This document shows, one piece after another, positions 45,540 through 54,631 of a stretch of DNA of 64,000 bases. Position 1 is the first letter of the stretch. The number at the start of each line of letters is the position of its first letter. Under the pieces are notes generated by a model. The model worked only from the letters and a program-made list of their open reading frames with translations, did not search any database and was not told where the DNA came from. The translations under genes were made by a program, and so were the position numbers. Origin of the DNA: an uncultured Gammaproteobacteria bacterium (GTDB taxonomy: Bacteria > Pseudomonadota > Gammaproteobacteria > GCA-001735895); contig CAZAVY010000003.1 in the NCBI GenBank assembly GCA_964488685.1, forward strand, positions 1,106 to 65,105, read 5' to 3'.

Positions 45540-47150
45540 TCAAAATCGATAGACTGCGCTCACGTGGAGCTTGTCGTCTCCGTCTTCATTAATCGTGGTA
45601 TCCAGACCACCCCCGTCTCCGATCACACCGTAGTTCAGACTCACGCTCAGATTTTCTTTCCAGGACCAGAACATGCCAACTCCGGCGGAAGAAACATCGA
45701 AGTCGACGCCATCATTACCCGGCTGATCACCGTCGTTAAACTCGGTATGGGCCAGATCCGTGAACACCAGGAAGCGAAGATTGTAAGCTGTTACTGGCGG
45801 AAACCATAATTCGAGGCTCAACTGGTAACCGGAATCACCGGTTACCGAACGTTCTTCGAAACCGCGCAGGGTACCCACCCCGCCGACCCCGAACTGCTCA
45901 CCGGAAATCAACAACTCGCTGGTTTGCTGCCCGGAGAAACCGGCGTGAAACAGGTACTCCCCGGCAAACAGCTGATCGAAGGAAAGCGCAAATCGCAACG
46001 CTGTCCAGCCACTTTCCGCCTCGGGTCGATCCTGATCGTATTCGTCGTCGTCATCGCCGATTTCCTGCACCAGCGTGACACTTCCGGAAAAACTGTTACC
46101 GGGATTCTGGCGACTGAACGAATATCCCAGTTCCAGCGGTAGGCTAACGACATCGGCCCCGCTCAATTGGGTATTATTGAATTCCGACTTGTTATCGAAG
46201 TTCTTATGCTGAACTCCGACCGACCACGCATGAGTGAAACTACCGTCGGTCAACATCGGGCGGTTGTAAAAAAACCCGTAGACCCGACCCTCGCCGGTTA
46301 TCTCGAGCGCCTGACCACCCCCGGTGCCGGGTGCGATGCCCTGACCCGCGCTATCATCGCCCCCGGTTTCACCCGCGGAATCCGAATCGGAAAACAGGAT
46401 GTCGACGCTGGCGCCATGTTCATACATCGGGATGTGATAGTTAATACCGATCTGCGTTGTCGCATCCGTATCTTCCGGTGCGGTTGTCAGGGTCGCGGTG
46501 ATGGCATGATCGCGGTTGAATAAATTTCCATGCTGATAACCCAGCGTGGTACGCCATTCCTCGGCGTCTTCGGGCCCGGTGTTATCGAGGCTGATGAAAT
46601 AAACCCGGGGATCGCGATCCTTGACCGCCAGCACCGCGTCGATACTGTCGGTTTCCGTGCCTTCCTTGAATCGCAGCACGGTACTCTTCGATGCATGATT
46701 GTTGGCGATCTTCAACGAGCGTGACAGCAGTTTGGTATTCGGGGTATCGCCCGCTTTGAGCTCCGGTACCGAATTCAGAATATTGTCGTCGTTGAAAAAC
46801 CGGTTGCCTTCGACCGCAATTCTGCCAATCGCAAAACGTGACACTTTAAGTAGAACCGTGCCCTCGAATAAATCCTGTGGTGGCATTGAAACCCGGTGGA
46901 AGTTGAAACCGGCAGCGATTATCGCCTGTTCGAGCGCATCGCGCGCAGCCGATAAACCTTCGAGTCCAAATTGATCGCCGGTGTAAGGGGCCAGTATGCT
47001 GTCAGCAAGCTCGCCAATCGGATTGTCACCGATTATATGGAAACGCTCCACGTTGAAGGTAAAAGCCTCCAGCGTGTCCTGAGCGATTGCTCCCTGCGGC
47101 ATAGTCCACACCAGCGCCAATGCGACTAATATGCCCGTTCCTTTCCACAT
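45540..47150 (-). CDS. TpsB-type outer-membrane transporter (ShlB/FhaC/HecB family)
   Basis: 536 aa. Signal peptide, a POTRA-like N-terminal third (FNVERFHIIGDNPI, IGRIAVEGNRFF) and a beta-barrel ending in the aromatic ...VSAVYRF. Confidence 0.85.
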   Translation of the reverse strand: MWKGTGILVALALVWTMPQGAIAQDTLEAFTFNVERFHIIGDNPIGELADSILAPYTGDQFGLEGLSAARDALEQAIIAAGFNFHRVSMPPQDLFEGTVLLKVSRFAIGRIAVEGNRFFNDDNILNSVPELKAGDTPNTKLLSRSLKIANNHASKSTVLRFKEGTETDSIDAVLAVKDRDPRVYFISLDNTGPEDAEEWRTTLGYQHGNLFNRDHAITATLTTAPEDTDATTQIGINYHIPMYEHGASVDILFSDSDSAGETGGDDSAGQGIAPGTGGGQALEITGEGRVYGFFYNRPMLTDGSFTHAWSVGVQHKNFDNKSEFNNTQLSGADVVSLPLELGYSFSRQNPGNSFSGSVTLVQEIGDDDDEYDQDRPEAESGWTALRFALSFDQLFAGEYLFHAGFSGQQTSELLISGEQFGVGGVGTLRGFEERSVTGDSGYQLSLELWFPPVTAYNLRFLVFTDLAHTEFNDGDQPGNDGVDFDVSSAGVGMFWSWKENLSVSLNYGVIGDGGGLDTTINEDGDDKLHVSAVYRF

Positions 47151-47260
47151 TATTATGATTATTTGGCGCTTATAATAAAATGACAGGGTACAGGCTCTAA
47201 GCAGCCACTACCAGATATAAAACCGGGAGAAATGCCTGAATAAGGTCAGATTTTACTGGT

Positions 47261-48445
47261 TTAGGTGATATTTTGGATCGCTTTTTCCATCATTGCGCGC
47301 TTCAGGCAGGGAATTGCGTCGATAATTTTCATCCCCAGGTTGCGCGAACCGGTAATCCACTCCTGATCCAGTCCATAGATCCATTTGAGTGCGCTGAAAC
47401 TTTGGCCCGCAACCCAGGTTTCACTTTTGCGCTGACGCTGGAACCGTCGTAACTGCTTTTGCGAGATTACATCGGCCCGCTCCCCCACCAATCGCACCAG
47501 CAATTCGACATCACTGAAACCCAGGTTGACACCCTGGCCGGCCAGTGGATGTACGCAATGCGCAGCGTCTCCAACCAGCAAAACCCGGCCTTTAAGCCAG
47601 TGTTCGCAATGGTGCCAGCCAAGCGGGAAGCTGATGCGCCGACTACAGGCATTTACCCGTCCCAGCTTGAACTCGAATGCGGCGCCGAGCGCCTCGCAAA
47701 ACTCTTCATCGCCAACACCGGCTAGCTGCTGCGCCAGGCCATTGTCACAGGACCAGACAATCGAGCTTTGCCCATTGGCCAGTGGCAGGAAAGCCAGCGG
47801 GCCCGTGGCAAGGAATCGCTGCCAGGCGGTACTACGGTGAGACTGCTCGGTCTCGACATTTGCCACAATTGCGCTCTGCTGGTACTGCCCTGCCTGCACT
47901 TCGAATCCGGCCAGATTTCGCGTCGGTGAGCTGCGTCCTTCGGCGGCGATCAACAAATTTGCGCTCAGACAAGGACCCGAATCCAGTCGCAATTCAACGC
48001 CGCCCAGGTGATTTTCGAGCAAGGCTTCGATCCGGTCCGGCATGAACCATTCGATATTCATCTGGCGCTCACAGGCCCGGTTGAGCGCTTGCTGAATCAA
48101 CCTATTTTCGACGATGGCGCCGAGGTTGTCGCGCGCCAGATCGACCGCATCAAACGCGATGCTGGCGTTACCATGTTGATGCCAGATATGCATTTGCTCG
48201 TAATAACAAACCCGTTTGCTATCGAGCTGTTGCCAGATTCCCAGGTGCTCCAGGATGTCGCGCGAACGTGGACTGATCGCCGACACGCGTAAATCATAGG
48301 GATCATCCCGGGCTATATCTTGGTGCTGCGGTGCCACCGCTTCAAGCAGTGCAATCCGAAAGCCCCTGGCGGCCAATGCGAGCGCGGTGCAGGCGCCAAC
48401 CATGCCGGCACCGGCGACAACGACATCAAACTTGCCGGAACTCAC
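47261..48445 (-). CDS. ubiI: FAD-dependent ubiquinone biosynthesis hydroxylase (UbiI/VisC-like)
   Basis: 394 aa. Motifs DVVVAGAGMVGA and LVGDAAHCVHPLAGQGVNLG. It occupies the position after ubiH, as visC does in E. coli. Confidence 0.8.
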   Translation of the reverse strand: MSSGKFDVVVAGAGMVGACTALALAARGFRIALLEAVAPQHQDIARDDPYDLRVSAISPRSRDILEHLGIWQQLDSKRVCYYEQMHIWHQHGNASIAFDAVDLARDNLGAIVENRLIQQALNRACERQMNIEWFMPDRIEALLENHLGGVELRLDSGPCLSANLLIAAEGRSSPTRNLAGFEVQAGQYQQSAIVANVETEQSHRSTAWQRFLATGPLAFLPLANGQSSIVWSCDNGLAQQLAGVGDEEFCEALGAAFEFKLGRVNACSRRISFPLGWHHCEHWLKGRVLLVGDAAHCVHPLAGQGVNLGFSDVELLVRLVGERADVISQKQLRRFQRQRKSETWVAGQSFSALKWIYGLDQEWITGSRNLGMKIIDAIPCLKRAMMEKAIQNIT

Positions 48446-49650
48446 AAACGCCCCCGCAACAAACGATTGCCGCCGAAGGTCAGGCCCATGCCCGCGAATG
48501 CAACCTGCCTCTTCAGCGCCGGCATCAAATCGAGCAGGCCGAGGCCCGCGGCACGAACATGATCGAACAGCGGCAACTGGTTTGAAAACAGGGTCACCAG
48601 AGCGTCACCATAGCGAATCACCTGTCGTTGTTCTGTTAAACGCAGCGATTCGTATCGGTCCGCAAACGCCCTGATGCCGGGTCCATCGAGATCGGCCAGC
48701 GACTGCTCACACAACAATTCATGGAGACAGGCGATATCGCGTAGCGACAGGTTGAAACTCTGTCCGGCAACCGGATGTAATGCATTGGCGGCATTGCCGA
48801 TCAAAAGGCAGCGCCCGGCCTGCAGCGAGTCGGCACGGGTACGTTCGATCGGAATCGAAAAGCGTTCGCCAACGCCTTCGATCAGCCCGAGACGAAAGCC
48901 AAAACACCGTTGCAGGGCGCTGCTGAACGGGTCGTCATGGTGCGAGCAAACCTGTTCCGCGGTTTCTGCAGCCAGCGTCCATACGCAGGCATAGCGTTTG
49001 CCCCCCAGCGGTAACATTGCCAACGGACCCTGCGGGGTAAATCGTTCGTAAGCAGTGTCGATTTGCGGCCTGCTGACTTCGACATTGCTGATAACGACCA
49101 CCTGGCCGTAATCGACAGTTCGGTGACCGATGCCAAGCGCTGCACGCGCCGGTGAACGCGCGCCGTCGGCGATCAGCGCGAGCTTCGCTTCGAGTCGATG
49201 CGCGCGTTTATTCTTGCGATAGCCGATGGTTACGTTTTCGTCCTGCGTGATCGATGCGAATTCTGCGCCCTGCAGCAGTTGAATTTTTTTTGAAGCCTTT
49301 ACGGCTTCCAGCAGACAGCGGTTTAACGGCTGATTTTCGATGACATAACCCAGCGCGTCGAGCGGGTAATCTTCAACCCGCAAACGGGTCACGCCCCAGC
49401 GGCCGCGGGATGAGATATGAATGTTGCGGATCGGCGATGCCTGTGTTTCGAGCTGTGCCCATAGTCCCAGCGCCCTGAAAACCTGCACACTGCTTGCAGA
49501 GAGCACGATCGAGCGTGCGTTCAATCCATCGGCCTGCGCCCGATCGGGATTACCCGCCTCAACTATCGAAACGCGACGTCCCGTATGCTGCAATACCAGC
49601 GCCGCGCACAAACCAACCAGTCCTCCGCCGATGATGGCAATATCACGCAT
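48442..49650 (-). CDS. ubiH: 2-octaprenyl-6-methoxyphenol hydroxylase
   Basis: 402 aa. Motifs IAIIGGGLVG and LIGNAANALHPVAGQSFNL, with pepP-ubiH synteny. Confidence 0.85.
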   Translation of the reverse strand: MRDIAIIGGGLVGLCAALVLQHTGRRVSIVEAGNPDRAQADGLNARSIVLSASSVQVFRALGLWAQLETQASPIRNIHISSRGRWGVTRLRVEDYPLDALGYVIENQPLNRCLLEAVKASKKIQLLQGAEFASITQDENVTIGYRKNKRAHRLEAKLALIADGARSPARAALGIGHRTVDYGQVVVISNVEVSRPQIDTAYERFTPQGPLAMLPLGGKRYACVWTLAAETAEQVCSHHDDPFSSALQRCFGFRLGLIEGVGERFSIPIERTRADSLQAGRCLLIGNAANALHPVAGQSFNLSLRDIACLHELLCEQSLADLDGPGIRAFADRYESLRLTEQRQVIRYGDALVTLFSNQLPLFDHVRAAGLGLLDLMPALKRQVAFAGMGLTFGGNRLLRGRL

Positions 49651-50955
49651 TCAACTCGCCATCAGGGCTTCGATCTCGGGCGCTTTGCGCGGCAGAGCCT
49701 CGGTCAAAACATCATAGCCCTGGCGCGTAACCAGCACGTCGTCTTCAATACGTATTCCGATATCCCACCACTTCCGATTTACGCCCCGGGTTCTGGCTGG
49801 AATGTAAATTCCGGGTTCGATCGTCAAAACCATTCCCGGCTCCAGCAGGCGCCATTGATCACCCACCTTGTAATCACCGACATCGTGAACATCGAGCCCG
49901 AGCCAATGACCGGTACGGTGCATGTAGAACTTGCGATAAGCGTGTTCCTTGATGAGGCTGGTAACATTACCTTTTAGCAGTTTCAGTTCCACCAGGCCTC
50001 GGGTGATTACGCGCACCGCGGCATTATGGGGATCGTTCCAGTGATTCCCCGGCATCACCTTTTTAACCGCCGCCTGGTGAGCCTTCAATACCACGTCGTA
50101 AATTTCACGTTGTGCATTCGAGTACTTGCCGTTGACCGGAAAGGTACGAGTGACATCCGAGGCATAACCCTGCACCTCGCAACCGGCATCGATTAACAGC
50201 AGATCACCATCGTTCAGTTCATCGGTATTTTCGGTGTAATGCAAAATACAACCGTTGGCCCCGCCACCGACGATCGCCGGGTAGGCATGATTTGCATTGT
50301 TGTTGCGATACTCGTGATCGAATTCGGCCGCAATTTGATACTCGTATTTGCCCGGTGTGCACAGCTTCATCGCACGTTTGTGCGCGCGTACATTGATCGC
50401 TGCCGCCTTGCGCATCATACGAAGTTCTTCCCGGCTTTTGAAAAGCCGCATATCGTGCAGCAGGTAATCCAACGATACGAATTCGGAAGGCACATGCAAA
50501 CCGGCCCGGGACTGCTCCTTGATTTGGCTTACCCAACCGATCAGGCGTTGATCAAACTCCGAATAGCGGCCCATTATATTGAAAATACTGTCAGTCCCTT
50601 CCAGCATGCCGGGCAGAATGTCATCGATATCGTCAATCGGAAACGAATCATCCGCGCCAAAGGTTTCCACCGCCCCCTCCTGTCCCGCACGACGTCCATT
50701 CCAGGTCTCTTGCTGTAGATCCTTTTCCCGGCAGAACAGGATGTACTCACCGTGCTTGCGTCCCGGTATCAATACCATCACCGCATCGGGCTCGTTAAAC
50801 CCGGTCAGATACAGGAAATCACTATCCTGGCGAAACGGGAAGTGAGCATCGCGGTTGCGAATGATTTCGGAAGCGGAAGGCAGAATCGCAATCGTATTCC
50901 TACCCATCATTTTCATCAACTGGTTACGGCGGCGTTTAAACTCGGTAGGCTTCAT
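49651..50955 (-). CDS. pepP: Xaa-Pro aminopeptidase
   Basis: 434 aa. Motifs FRQDSDFLYLTGF, HYTEN, DAGCE, HRTGHWLGLDVHD and IEPG. Confidence 0.9.
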   Translation of the reverse strand: MKPTEFKRRRNQLMKMMGRNTIAILPSASEIIRNRDAHFPFRQDSDFLYLTGFNEPDAVMVLIPGRKHGEYILFCREKDLQQETWNGRRAGQEGAVETFGADDSFPIDDIDDILPGMLEGTDSIFNIMGRYSEFDQRLIGWVSQIKEQSRAGLHVPSEFVSLDYLLHDMRLFKSREELRMMRKAAAINVRAHKRAMKLCTPGKYEYQIAAEFDHEYRNNNANHAYPAIVGGGANGCILHYTENTDELNDGDLLLIDAGCEVQGYASDVTRTFPVNGKYSNAQREIYDVVLKAHQAAVKKVMPGNHWNDPHNAAVRVITRGLVELKLLKGNVTSLIKEHAYRKFYMHRTGHWLGLDVHDVGDYKVGDQWRLLEPGMVLTIEPGIYIPARTRGVNRKWWDIGIRIEDDVLVTRQGYDVLTEALPRKAPEIEALMAS

Positions 50956-51207
50956 TTAGTGCTCATCGTTAATTCTGCAAACCCGGGGACAGTTTACTTT
51001 AAGGTTTGAGGACATTCCCGCGCAAGAGGCTGGGTAAAAACTATTTCCGAAAATTCGAAGTGGTAATTCGGATGTATTTAATCTTCGGTTTCGAAGGTTA
51101 AGTGGGTAACTCATGTCAATATTTGTCCAATATCAAATTGCATGTGGGAGAAAAATGTACTTAGCTGCTATTGATCGGAGTTTTACACAGCCTCGCGAGC
51201 GGGAATC

Positions 51208-51840
51208 TTACAAAGATTCCTCCGTAGCCGCAAAAGATAACCGCTTACGCGGGTATGACTTCAAAATGTAAAATAAGGGATCAAACCCCTTTTCGATCGA
51301 GTGTACTGTTGACGCTGGCTTGCGCGGATTCGAGGATTGGTTCAACGTCAGTGTCGCGATTCGCACATGCTCGACCAGCTCGGCATATTGCCTGTCGACT
51401 TCATCACTGGTTTCAGCGTCGTGGCTGAGCTTACTAATTTCGAGCAGGTCTGACAAACACTCGCGTGAATCATCGTCCAGCGAATCTTCGGCGCCAATAC
51501 CGCCCACCCCAAAACCATACAGAAACACCTGACACCAGGTCGATAGTCCCAACAGGCGAAGATCGAAGTCATCGGTATCATCCGGCAAGAACAGTTCCAG
51601 ATCGAAATCCTCGTTATTCAGTTGCTTGCGAGTTTGGTCGAATAGCTGCTCCAGTAAAGCAATCTGCTCGCTTGCGAGTAGGCTGCCCTTTTCCGGCAAT
51701 TGCTCCAGCGTGTGCCCCAGCCAGGTCGCAAGGTCGGCATTATCAATCAACAATGCACACAGTGTACCATGCGAATCTGCTGCCCCGGCGGACGCGCCAA
51801 GGCTTTCGAGCGCCGCCTGAACGCTGTCAAAATCAAGCAT
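51208..51840 (-). CDS. ygfB: UPF0149 family protein YgfB
   Basis: 210 aa. SHGTLCALL and an acidic C-terminal half, with synteny upstream of pepP. The last ~25 codons run through a REP element (SYPRKRLS), so the true C-terminus is uncertain. Confidence 0.8.
   Translation of the reverse strand: MLDFDSVQAALESLGASAGAADSHGTLCALLIDNADLATWLGHTLEQLPEKGSLLASEQIALLEQLFDQTRKQLNNEDFDLELFLPDDTDDFDLRLLGLSTWCQVFLYGFGVGGIGAEDSLDDDSRECLSDLLEISKLSHDAETSDEVDRQYAELVEHVRIATLTLNQSSNPRKPASTVHSIEKGFDPLFYILKSYPRKRLSFAATEESL
51236..51259 (-). repeat. REP-like element inside the ygfB 3' end
   Basis: The minus strand reads gtcatacccgcgtaagcggttatc, which encodes ...SYPRKRLS... in the ygfB frame. Confidence 0.6.
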
Positions 51841-51947
51841 TGTAGAATACCCGTAGATTAGTATAATTTTTGTATTCTAACATCCGCACCTGGCTACAAA
51901 AACAACTGCATATTGACCTGTGCGACCTAAGGCCCGATGATTACGCT

Positions 51948-52178
51948 ATGGACTCAGATAAAAACGCATATACCGAAGACGACCTCAGGCAACTTGAGCA
52001 ACGCATCGATGAGCTCATCGATACTGTCGGTTCACTGAAAAATGAAAACACCAGCCTGCGAAATCAAAAAGACAAGCTGGTTGGCGAACGTGCTCAGTTA
52101 ATCGAGAAAACAGAAATGGCGCGCAGCCGGGTTGAGGCGATGATTTCACGCCTGCGATCACTCGAACTAGGCTCATGA
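51948..52178 (+). CDS. coiled-coil protein, TIGR02449/ZapB-like, upstream of zapA
   Basis: Internal Met of ORF 51870..52178. LRQLEQRIDELIDTVGSLKNENTSLRNQKDKLVGERAQLIEKTEMARSRVEAMISRLRSLE is a continuous heptad coiled coil. The stop overlaps the zapA start. Confidence 0.6.
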   Translation: MDSDKNAYTEDDLRQLEQRIDELIDTVGSLKNENTSLRNQKDKLVGERAQLIEKTEMARSRVEAMISRLRSLELGS

Positions 52179-52486
52179 CCGACGCTCAACCTATCAGCAT
52201 TTCCATTCTCGACAAGGATTACAAGGTAGCCTGCCCTTCCGGCGAACAATCTGCACTGCTCGAATCCGCCAAATTTCTCGATCACAAAATGCGCGAGGTT
52301 CGCGACAGCGGCAATATCATGGGTGCCGAGCGCATCGCGGTCATTACGGCACTTAACATGGCCAATGATCTGTTGCAGACCAGCAACCTGGACAAGCAAA
52401 TTGGCCGGGAACTGCCTCCGCGCCTGAAAGACCTGGAAAGCAAAATCTCACGGGTCCTCGAACAGGCCCGGCAATTGGAAATCTAA
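52175..52486 (+). CDS. zapA: cell division protein ZapA
   Basis: 103 aa. ISILDKDYKVACPSGEQSALLESAKFLDHKMREVR...ERIAVITALNMANDLL. Confidence 0.85.
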   Translation: MTDAQPISISILDKDYKVACPSGEQSALLESAKFLDHKMREVRDSGNIMGAERIAVITALNMANDLLQTSNLDKQIGRELPPRLKDLESKISRVLEQARQLEI

Positions 52487-52509
52487 TTCCGATAAAAATA
52501 ACACTTACT

Positions 52510-52627
52510 TAAGCATGCCACCCCGCGGGCCTAGGCATGCCGTCCCCGCAGACCTAAGCACGTCATCCCGCGTGTTTATAGTCATCCCCGTGAAAGCGGG
52601 GATGACTTCGTAGGGCGCGGGGATGAT
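52510..52627. repeat. REP cluster with three degenerate ~22-nt tandem units
   Basis: taagcatgccaccccgcgggcc / taggcatgccgtccccgcagacc / taagcacgtcatcccgcgtgttt, then the full palindrome gtcatccccgtgaaagcggggatgac (52581-52606) and the half-site gcggggatga. Confidence 0.7.
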
Positions 52628-52736
52628 TTTATATCGGCAATGGCCATTCCATCTTATTTCTGTAATTAGTAAACTAAGTTCCTATTAGAAATTTAAATTG
52701 TACATTTCGACAAAAACGAGCCATAGTAGTTTTATA

Positions 52737-52915
52737 CCGACTGCGGTGTTCGTTAGCATCCATCATAATCCTTGAGCCTATTTATCAATCTCGGGGACTT
52801 CCGTGTAACACTGGTGTGCATGCCTGACGAGTCAGGGAGCCTGATGGGTTGCCAATAACCCCACCTGGACCTTTGGTTCAAGGTTGATAGATCTGCGACG
52901 GCACCGTGGTTGGTA
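52737..52915 (+). ncRNA. ssrS: 6S RNA
   Basis: Located downstream of zapA as in E. coli. Several blocks resemble E. coli 6S: gguguucg, ccuugagccuauuu, gugugcaugcc, caccuggaccuuugguucaagg and cugcgacggcacc. The 5' ccgacugcggug pairs with the 3' caccgugguugg to form the closing stem. The ends are approximate. Confidence 0.7.
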
Positions 52916-53000
52916 TATTCACCCGGAGTTAACTCGTTATTTTTCCCGCACTTATGCCAACAAACCAGTATTGGGTTTATGATGAAATCACCGCGTTGGG

Positions 53001-54524
53001 TTATTTCAGGAACAACTGATAAGCCTCGTTTTCAGTCTCATTCCAGTAAGGTATTTTAAGGCTCTTAAGAAACGCATTGAAGCCTCTGACATCGCCTTTT
53101 TCGACCTGGAATCCCATCAGGATACGACCAAAATTCGATCCGTGGTTACGATAGTGAAACAGGCTAATATTCCATCGAGTACCCACTTTCATCAAAAAAT
53201 TTAATAACGCGCCGGGCTTTTCCGGAAACTGAAAGCGATAAAGTAACTCGGAAGTGACGTTACTACCGGGATGTCCCCCGATCATGTAGCGGGTATGTAG
53301 CTTCGCGACTTCGTTGCCGGTCATATCGACTACCCGGTAGCCCTTCGCGGTCAGTTTGGCAATCAGCAAGTTTTTTTCGTCGAGGCCGCGGGTAAGCTGA
53401 ATTCCGGCAAACACGCATGCTTTCTCGCTGTCGGCATAACGATAGTTGAACTCGGTTATCGAGCGATTGCCGATCAATTGACATAATTTCCTGAAACTTC
53501 CGGGTCGCTCCGGAATCTCAACCGCCAGCAGGGCTTCACGATCCTCGCCGAGCTCGGCGCGTTCGGACACATGCCGCAGACGATCGAAGTTCATGTTGGC
53601 TCCACCGTTGATCGACACCAGGGTTTGCTGCCGTAGGTCGTGAGTCTCCACGTATTTTTTCAGGCCCGCAAGTGACAACGCGCCCGCGGGCTCACATATG
53701 GCCCTGGTGTCTTCGTAAGTGTCCTTGATTGCCGCACAAATCTGATCGGTCGATACCGTGATCACGTCATCGACCAGATTCCTGATCATCGGCCAGTTTT
53801 TTTTACCAATCTGTTTTACCGCCACCCCGTCGGCGAAAATCCCGACTTCCTTGAGTATTACGCGACGCCCCGCCTTGAGCGCCTCGTAACAACAGGCAGC
53901 ATCGTCCGGTTCCACCCCGATAATCATGATTTGCGGCTTGACCGCCTTGATGAAACCCGCGATACCCCCAATCAAACCACCCCCACCGACGGCAACGAAT
54001 ATCGCATCGATGTTTCCCGGATGCTGACGGATAATTTCATGAGCGATGGTACCCTGACCCGCCATCACGTCGAAGTCATCGAACGGGTGAATAAACGCCA
54101 GGCGTTCTTTCTTCGCCAGCTTTAAGCAAAATTCCTTCGCGGCATCGAAATTTTCACCCTCTAATACAGCCTTCGCGCCATACGATCTGACCGCCGCAAT
54201 TTTGATATCCGGCGTCGTCGTCGGCATGACGATGGTAGCTTTGAGGTTGAGTTTTTTAGCGGCCAGTGCCACGCCCTGGGCATGGTTTCCGGCGGATGCG
54301 GTAATCACCCCCTTTAATCCGGGATTCTTCTGCAATTCCTGATAGATCTTGTTGAAAGCGCCCCGACACTTGAATGAAAACACGGGCTGCAAATCTTCAC
54401 GCTTGAGGTAGACCTGGCTGTCATAGCGTCGGGAAATCCGCGGCATATAATCCAGTGGGGTTTCACGGGCGATGTCGTATACCCTCGCGGTCAGCACTTT
54501 TTCTAGAAATTTTTCTTTTCGCAT
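53001..54524 (-). CDS. ilvA: threonine ammonia-lyase, biosynthetic
   Basis: Internal Met of ORF 53001..54620 gives MRKEKFLEKVLTARVYD. PLP site SFKCRGA, plus GGGGLI and two C-terminal ACT-like regulatory repeats. Confidence 0.9.
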   Translation of the reverse strand: MRKEKFLEKVLTARVYDIARETPLDYMPRISRRYDSQVYLKREDLQPVFSFKCRGAFNKIYQELQKNPGLKGVITASAGNHAQGVALAAKKLNLKATIVMPTTTPDIKIAAVRSYGAKAVLEGENFDAAKEFCLKLAKKERLAFIHPFDDFDVMAGQGTIAHEIIRQHPGNIDAIFVAVGGGGLIGGIAGFIKAVKPQIMIIGVEPDDAACCYEALKAGRRVILKEVGIFADGVAVKQIGKKNWPMIRNLVDDVITVSTDQICAAIKDTYEDTRAICEPAGALSLAGLKKYVETHDLRQQTLVSINGGANMNFDRLRHVSERAELGEDREALLAVEIPERPGSFRKLCQLIGNRSITEFNYRYADSEKACVFAGIQLTRGLDEKNLLIAKLTAKGYRVVDMTGNEVAKLHTRYMIGGHPGSNVTSELLYRFQFPEKPGALLNFLMKVGTRWNISLFHYRNHGSNFGRILMGFQVEKGDVRGFNAFLKSLKIPYWNETENEAYQLFLK

Positions 54525-54631
54525 AGCCCGTATATAATATGTCTGGATTTTACCGCTAAAACCGCACAACAGCTTGCGCGGACTGCAGGGGATTATCATA
54601 ATTGATCGCACTCGAAGCAACCGGTAAATTC

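Noticed and set aside
52510-52627. REP clusters (also 25552-25664 and 33206-33333) as possible CRISPR arrays
   Set aside because: The units are self-palindromic, irregularly spaced, degenerate and very few. There are no unique spacers of constant length and no cas genes in the window.
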